Assembly: GCA_963708075.1 (NCBI GenBank)
Contig: OY970194.1
Location: forward strand, 2,720,001-2,784,000
Direction: 5' to 3'
From: Sedimentisphaerales bacterium
Lineage (GTDB): Bacteria; Planctomycetota; Phycisphaerae; Sedimentisphaerales; Anaerobacaceae
Length of the DNA: 64,000 nucleotides
Positions within the stretch are counted from its first letter, which is position 1; each line of letters begins with the position of its first letter. A program made the position numbers and the translations under genes. Positions 59,622-64,000 of this stretch are shown here, one piece after another. Under the pieces are notes generated by a model that searched no databases, was not told the DNA's origin, and worked only from the letters and a program-made list of their open reading frames with translations.

Positions 59622-60248
59622 CTACAGATCGCCCATCTGTTTTCTCAGGGCTTCCAGCCCCCTGTTGAGACGGCTTTTCAGCGTCCCCTGCCGCACACCG
59701 GCAGCGTCTGCCGCCTCCGAGATCGTCAACTGCTCCATGTAGTGCAATACGATAGCCTGCCGCAGCTTGCGGGGCAGCCGGGCCACCGCGCTGCGCAGCC
59801 GCACCGATTCCTCATGCCCGCTGGCCCCATCCAGCCCATTGGGGCCGCCCAAAGGCATTTCCAGCCCCTCGGGACTGCTGGTATCCACGTCCTTGTGCCT
59901 TCGCCAGTACAGGCGCGAGACATTTCCAGCGATGCGAAAGAGCCAACCGTTCAATGCCTTGCCGTCCCGCAACTGGCCGATGTGATACCAAGCCCGCAAG
60001 AACGTCTCCTGCGTCAGGTCTTCACTGATCTGCCGGTCATGCCCGACGGCCCGCATGAACAGGTAAATCCGCTCGTAGTAACAATCTACGAGCTCTTCCG
60101 CCGCTGCATGATCGCCCCGTCTGAGCCTTCCGGCAAGCAATTCAAAGTCCATCCGGGGCGTTCCTCCTGTCAGTTCGACAGCGGCCGTTTCTCGGATAAG
60201 ATGCGCGGTTCCTGCGTTCTGTTCTGCTGCCTGGGCGTTTTTTTGCAT
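59622..60248 (-). CDS. ECF sigma-70 factor
   Basis: SEDLTQETFLRAW, WLFRIAGN, LPRKLRQAIVLHY, GTLKSRLNRG. Start at 60248 chosen from a GGAG RBS and the upstream promoter. Confidence 0.9.
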   Translation of the reverse strand: MQKNAQAAEQNAGTAHLIRETAAVELTGGTPRMDFELLAGRLRRGDHAAAEELVDCYYERIYLFMRAVGHDRQISEDLTQETFLRAWYHIGQLRDGKALNGWLFRIAGNVSRLYWRRHKDVDTSSPEGLEMPLGGPNGLDGASGHEESVRLRSAVARLPRKLRQAIVLHYMEQLTISEAADAAGVRQGTLKSRLNRGLEALRKQMGDL

Positions 60249-60272
60249 GTTCTCCACCCTGCTATGCCCTTT

Positions 60273-60301
60273 AGTATACCCGAATCGGGCCTCCGACTCA
60301 A
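60273..60301 (-). promoter_or_regulatory. Putative sigma70 promoter of the ECF operon
   Basis: TTGAGT-17 bp-TATACT on the minus strand. Confidence 0.55.
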
Positions 60302-60350
60302 CAGAGAACACACCCAAGGCGTCAGCAAGAAGGCCGAGGCCCCTCGCCCA

Positions 60351-61083
60351 AATTGGCTTTGTTTCGCACAACGCACCGGCAGTTGCCTCCCGCCTACGGT
60401 CTCCAGTCTCTGGACTGCCCTCCCAATTGGCTTTGTTTCGCACGACAGCCCTTCCGGAATTTGGCTTTGTTTCGCAGACTCGGCCTCTATTCCGCATTCC
60501 GCATTCCGCATTCAGTATTCCGCACTCCCAAGGCCCCCGGCCTGGAATTGGCTCTGTTTCGCAGAATCGCTCCTGTCTTCTTCATTCCGCATTCCGCATT
60601 CCGCACTCCGCACTCCCAGGCCCCCGACCTGGAATTGGCTTTGTTTCGCAAAATCGCCAGCCAATCATAACCCTTTTCCCACAAAGAACTTAGCGATACA
60701 CACCCGCCAAATTGGCTTTGTTTCGCAGAGTCGCTCCCGTTGTAGGGGCGGGTTTCAAACCCGCCCGTACCGCCGTAAGGCGTTCGTGGCGAGGGCGTCC
60801 CGCCCTTGTCTTCCGCCCCCAATTGGCTTTGTTTCGCAGACTCATTCACCTGCCACGCACCTTCACTCCGCATTCCGCACTCCCAGGGCCTCGACCCCAG
60901 ATTGGCTTTGTTTTGCACACCCGCCTGTGTAATCCCCTGCGGCCTACCGCCTCCAGCCTGCCCGCTGCGAATTGGCTTTGTTTCGCAGACTCGTTCATCC
61001 GCTCCCGGCCTTTCAATCCGCATTCCGCAATCCGCATTCCGCAATCCCAGGGGCCCCCGGCCCATAATTGGCTTTGTTTCACA
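60351..61083. repeat. Array of ten 18-bp direct repeats (AATTGGCTTTGTTTCGCA) with variable spacers
   Basis: Copies start at 60351, 60425, 60459, 60546, 60633, 60710, 60821, 60900, 60970 and 61066; 0-2 mismatches each. Confidence 0.92.
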
Positions 61084-61403
61084 CAACCTGGCACTCGCCG
61101 ACGGTGATGCCCGCTTGACCGGTCACGGCAAGACCCTGGGACTCTTGATTTGCGATTTGCGATCTTTGACTTTTGATATTTGACTTGTCTATCCGACCAT
61201 ATACTAAAGACGCTCATCGAGCCGGATTGTTGCAGGAATGTCTGGTAAATAGTGAACCTACTTCCAACCTCTTGTGGCCCGGTGACTTACAGTGCTCTGT
61301 CTTTGTGCATCGAACCGGGAAAACTCGCCCGCCTTCTTCATGCCTCGAATAATGAATAATGAAGACACGGCCCCCGGCCCCCTTAGTACCGTAGGACGGA
61401 AGC

Positions 61404-62093
61404 TCATTCAGGTGCGGGCGTCCCTGCGGAATTGCCCTCAGGATGCGGAGCTTCGGCGCGAGGCTGAGACGTTGGAGATGATGTACAAGGAGTTGCTGGA
61501 AGAGGCTGGCCAAGTCGGAACTCCTCGACCTGTCGGACGAATCTCTGCATGTCGCGTCGGCTGGCCTTGAACGTGTCGCCTACCATCGTCGTGGCATAGG
61601 CTCGGCCTATCCTCGGTTCTTCCGGGATGAGGGGCGGTTGGGCCCGAAGGAGGACCGGGTTGAACCAGATCATCGCGCTGTGTTGTGGACCGACCTCTCG
61701 CTGCCACTCCAAGCCCTTGCGGACAGGTTCCTGTTGACAGAGGGTGACTGAGTGAAATTCTCTTCGTTGCAGAGACCAGACAGCCTTGCTTTCCCGTATG
61801 CGTTTGGGAGCAAACTTGGTGATTGCAGTGATCACTCGCCATCTCCATCCCGGCAGGAATCCGACGGTCGCTCCGACTACAGGCACATGCCCAACGTTGC
61901 AGACTTCTATGATGCCGCGCCATGTCGTGACGTGTTTCCCATCCTTCACTTCACCCATACAATGGAGACTGGGTCGAACGACGAGGTGCGGGCGGCTCTT
62001 GTCCCGCTGGTGAAGGTAGTTGAGGATGCCCAGCGCGAGGCCGGACAAGCCCGACACCGCACCGATTATCGCAGTGACTTCCGTAAGGATCAT
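61404..62093 (-). CDS. Tandem paralog A: N-terminal TM hypothetical protein (3' end uncertain)
   Basis: GAVSGLSGLALGILNY..RPHLVVR..CNVGHVPV..PQHSAM..GRAY..GDTFKASRRDM. Confidence 0.75.
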   Translation of the reverse strand: MILTEVTAIIGAVSGLSGLALGILNYLHQRDKSRPHLVVRPSLHCMGEVKDGKHVTTWRGIIEVCNVGHVPVVGATVGFLPGWRWRVITAITKFAPKRIRESKAVWSLQRREFHSVTLCQQEPVRKGLEWQREVGPQHSAMIWFNPVLLRAQPPLIPEEPRIGRAYATTMVGDTFKASRRDMQRFVRQVEEFRLGQPLPATPCTSSPTSQPRAEAPHPEGNSAGTPAPE

Positions 62094-62105
62094 AAGCAGT
62101 ACTTC

Positions 62106-62134
62106 ATGATAAATGCGATCACCGTCTTCTGCAA
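62106..62134 (-). promoter_or_regulatory. Sigma70 promoter of paralog A
   Basis: TTGCAG-17-TATCAT-12 nt-ATG. Confidence 0.7.
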
Positions 62135-62147
62135 GGCCAGAGACGGG

Positions 62148-62642
62148 CTAAGTCGAGGCTGCTTTGCGCATCTTGGCGAATACCCGCGTGTCGCGTCGGC
62201 TGGCCTTGAACTTGTCGCCCACAATACTCTGGACGCAAGCGCGGCCCAGTCGGCGACCTTCTGGCAACTCCTCCGGGCTAAAGTCAAATCGCCCAGTGGC
62301 GGCATGCTGGGGCTTGAGTTCTTCATCCCACCACTTGACGCCGTTGAACGGCGTGAGTATGAACTGAGGCACATTCTTCTCTTGCCTGCGCTTGCGTAGG
62401 AACTCAATGGTCCCACGCACCGTTACCGGCACTTGCCCCACGTTGCAGATACTTACGATAGCGACATTCTTCTCTTGCTGCGGTATATGGGAGCCCCGAA
62501 GGCAAGATATGTCATACAGCCGAACCACAAGACGCGGGCGGCTGGTGTCCCGCTGATGCACGTAGTTGAGGATGCCCAGCACGAGACCGGACACGCCTGA
62601 CACCACGCCGACCATGATCCCGATGGCTTGGAGAGTACTCAT
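62148..62642 (-). CDS. Tandem paralog B
   Basis: GVVSGVSGLVLGILNY..RPRLVVR..CNVGQVPV..ELKPQHAA..GDKFKASRRD..AAST*. Confidence 0.8.
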   Translation of the reverse strand: MSTLQAIGIMVGVVSGVSGLVLGILNYVHQRDTSRPRLVVRLYDISCLRGSHIPQQEKNVAIVSICNVGQVPVTVRGTIEFLRKRRQEKNVPQFILTPFNGVKWWDEELKPQHAATGRFDFSPEELPEGRRLGRACVQSIVGDKFKASRRDTRVFAKMRKAAST

Positions 62643-62654
62643 ACGCAGTATCGT

Positions 62655-62683
62655 ATGATAAACAGACTGAATGTCTTCTGCAA
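62655..62683 (-). promoter_or_regulatory. Sigma70 promoter of paralog B
   Basis: TTGCAG-17-TATCAT-12 nt-ATG. Confidence 0.7.
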
Positions 62684-62708
62684 GGCCAACCGGTTCAGAT
62701 ATTCGGTG

Positions 62709-63221
62709 TCAGCGTCTTTCTCTGGAAGACGCTGCCTTGCGGGACTTGGCGAACCTTCGCATTTCGCGTCGGCTGGCCTTGAAGTCCTCGCCAACGGCAC
62801 TCGTGACGTAAGCTCGGCCCAGTTTGCGGCCTTCCGGTAGCTCGTCCGGACCAAAATTGAACAGTAGCATGGCCCTCTGTTGTGGCTTGAGTTCCCCAGG
62901 TAAGAGGATCTCGTTGGACATGGCCTCACAGAGCGGTTCCGGTGTGAATATGAGAGAATGTGCCTTCTGCCCGCGCTTAGGGAGGAACTTGATGACCGCA
63001 CCCATCATCACGGGCACCTGCCCTACGTTGCAGATATCTACGTGCACAACGGTCTTCTTTTGCGGGTTGTTGGGAGCAACAACCCCGGACATGTCGAATA
63101 GCCGAACCACGATGCGTGGACGGGTGGTGTCTCGTTGGTGCAGGTAATTAAGGATACCCAGTACAAGGCCGGATACACCTGACACCGCACCGACTATCGC
63201 AGTGACTTCAGTAATGCTCAT
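62709..63221 (-). CDS. Tandem paralog C
   Basis: GAVSGVSGLVLGILNY..RPRIVVR..CNVGQVPV..GELKPQQRAM..GEDFKASRREM. Confidence 0.8.
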   Translation of the reverse strand: MSITEVTAIVGAVSGVSGLVLGILNYLHQRDTTRPRIVVRLFDMSGVVAPNNPQKKTVVHVDICNVGQVPVMMGAVIKFLPKRGQKAHSLIFTPEPLCEAMSNEILLPGELKPQQRAMLLFNFGPDELPEGRKLGRAYVTSAVGEDFKASRREMRRFAKSRKAASSRERR

Positions 63222-63233
63222 AAGCAGTGTTTC

Positions 63234-63262
63234 ATCATAAATGCGATTATCCTGTCCTGCAA
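63234..63262 (-). promoter_or_regulatory. Sigma70 promoter of paralog C
   Basis: TTGCAG-17-TATGAT-12 nt-ATG. Confidence 0.7.
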
Positions 63263-63275
63263 AGCCAGAGGCGGG

Positions 63276-63769
63276 CTAAGTCGAGGCTGCCTCCAACTGC
63301 TTGGCCACCCAGCGCATTTCGCGTCGGCTGACCTTGAATCTATCGCCGATGGCACTCTCGACGTAAACTCGGCGCACCTTGCGTCCTTCCAGGAGGTCGG
63401 CCAACCTAAAGTCAAATTCCAGCATCGCGGCGTGCTGCGGCTTGAGTTCCCCCGGCCATGCGGTGACGTCATTGTACGGCTTGGGTGATATCGTCATCGG
63501 GGATGTCTGGCCGGCCTTAGTAGGAAGGAACCCGATACCCTCGACCATCATCACTGGCACCTGCCCCACGTTGCAGACCTCCACGAGGCCGGGGTACCTC
63601 TCGTCCTTCGTGCTCTTGGAGGCAAAACAACTGGGCATGATGTAAAACCGAACCATGATGCGCGGCGCGTGCTGACCCGCCGCTCCCAGTAGTTCACGAT
63701 GCCCAGCACGACGCCGGACACACCCGACACCACGCCGACGATAATCCCGATGGCTTGGAGAGTACTCAT
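63276..63769 (-). CDS. Tandem paralog D (frameshift near 63665)
   Basis: MSTLQAIGIIVGVVSGVSGVVLGIVNY (in ORF 63551..63973) joins ORF 63276..63656 (CNVGQVPV..GELKPQHAAM..GDRFKVSRREM..AAST*). Confidence 0.75.
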
Positions 63770-63781
63770 ACGCGGTGTTGT

Positions 63782-63810
63782 ATGATAATCTCGCTCGCTT
63801 CTTCGTGCAA
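63782..63810 (-). promoter_or_regulatory. Sigma70 promoter of paralog D
   Basis: TTGCAC-17-TATCAT-12 nt-ATG. Confidence 0.7.
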
Positions 63811-63877
63811 GGCCGAAAGGAACGGACTTGGGGTCAACTCGTGACACTTGACAGACGGGGTCGCATTCGAGGAGGAG

Positions 63878-63948
63878 CGCCGGCAAGATGCCGGCGCGAC
63901 GCAAGGCCGGGACGGCCTCGCCACGAAAACGCCTTACGGCGTCACTAC
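63878..63948. repeat. Cluster of REP-like palindromes
   Basis: cgccggcaagatgccggcg; aggccgggacggcct; acgccttacggcgtcactac (GTAG tetranucleotide on the minus strand). Confidence 0.65.
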
Positions 63949-64000
63949 AAACAGGAATATTAGGGCCAGCCACCGAGTTCTGCCTTCTCTTATGTCGTTT

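Noticed and set aside
60351..61083. CRISPR array
   Set aside because: Repeat only 18 bp, spacers range 16-93 bp and resemble each other or genomic repeats, and no cas genes are in the window.
60170..61217. ORFs across the array (ETKPI/NKAN/KQSQ and IGFVS/LALFR peptides)
   Set aside because: The repeat has no stop codon in any frame and falls in different frames within one ORF, so these look like translation artefacts of a DNA repeat.
61404..63810. Diversity-generating retroelement
   Set aside because: No reverse transcriptase in the window, and differences between paralogs include indels and are not adenine-specific.

Overview
GC-rich bacterial chromosome segment. Gene content suggests Planctomycetota, probably Phycisphaerae/Sedimentisphaerales (inference from the prepilin/DUF1559-like, LamG+dockerin-like, PQQ-propeller and ECF/anti-sigma genes). 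Positions 1-30 kb are mainly housekeeping and carbohydrate genes: FeS/FMN operon, lexA, a RelE-type TA pair, UvrD helicase, sirohaem enzyme, U32 protein, PEP-synthase-like protein, rplU, class IV aminotransferase, sugar catabolism, GT4-GH57-debranching and NDP-sugar dehydrogenase-GT4-GH130 clusters, and a probable 6S RNA. Positions 30-64 kb are more accessory: LamG protein, SppA, PadR, GxxExxY and NucS-like nucleases, TerC, two ECF sigma/anti-sigma modules, S41 peptidase, PhoD, DegT and a prepilin-like gene. Several genes carry single-base frameshifts that look like long-read indel errors. The most unusual signals are: (1) a non-CRISPR array at 60351-61083 of ten copies of an 18-bp repeat (AATTGGCTTTGTTTCGCA) whose variable spacers are built from other repeat types; (2) an adjacent ABAB tandem array of four diverged paralogous membrane-anchored genes, each with its own identically spaced sigma70 promoter; (3) a family of inverted 7-9-bp-period tandem-repeat hairpins at gene junctions, one inserted in-frame in a gene and one forming the two ends of a GxxExxY nuclease gene; (4) a 175-bp multi-hairpin MITE/ncRNA-like element closed by a perfect 27-bp stem. 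No database searches were run, so family calls rest on motif recognition.
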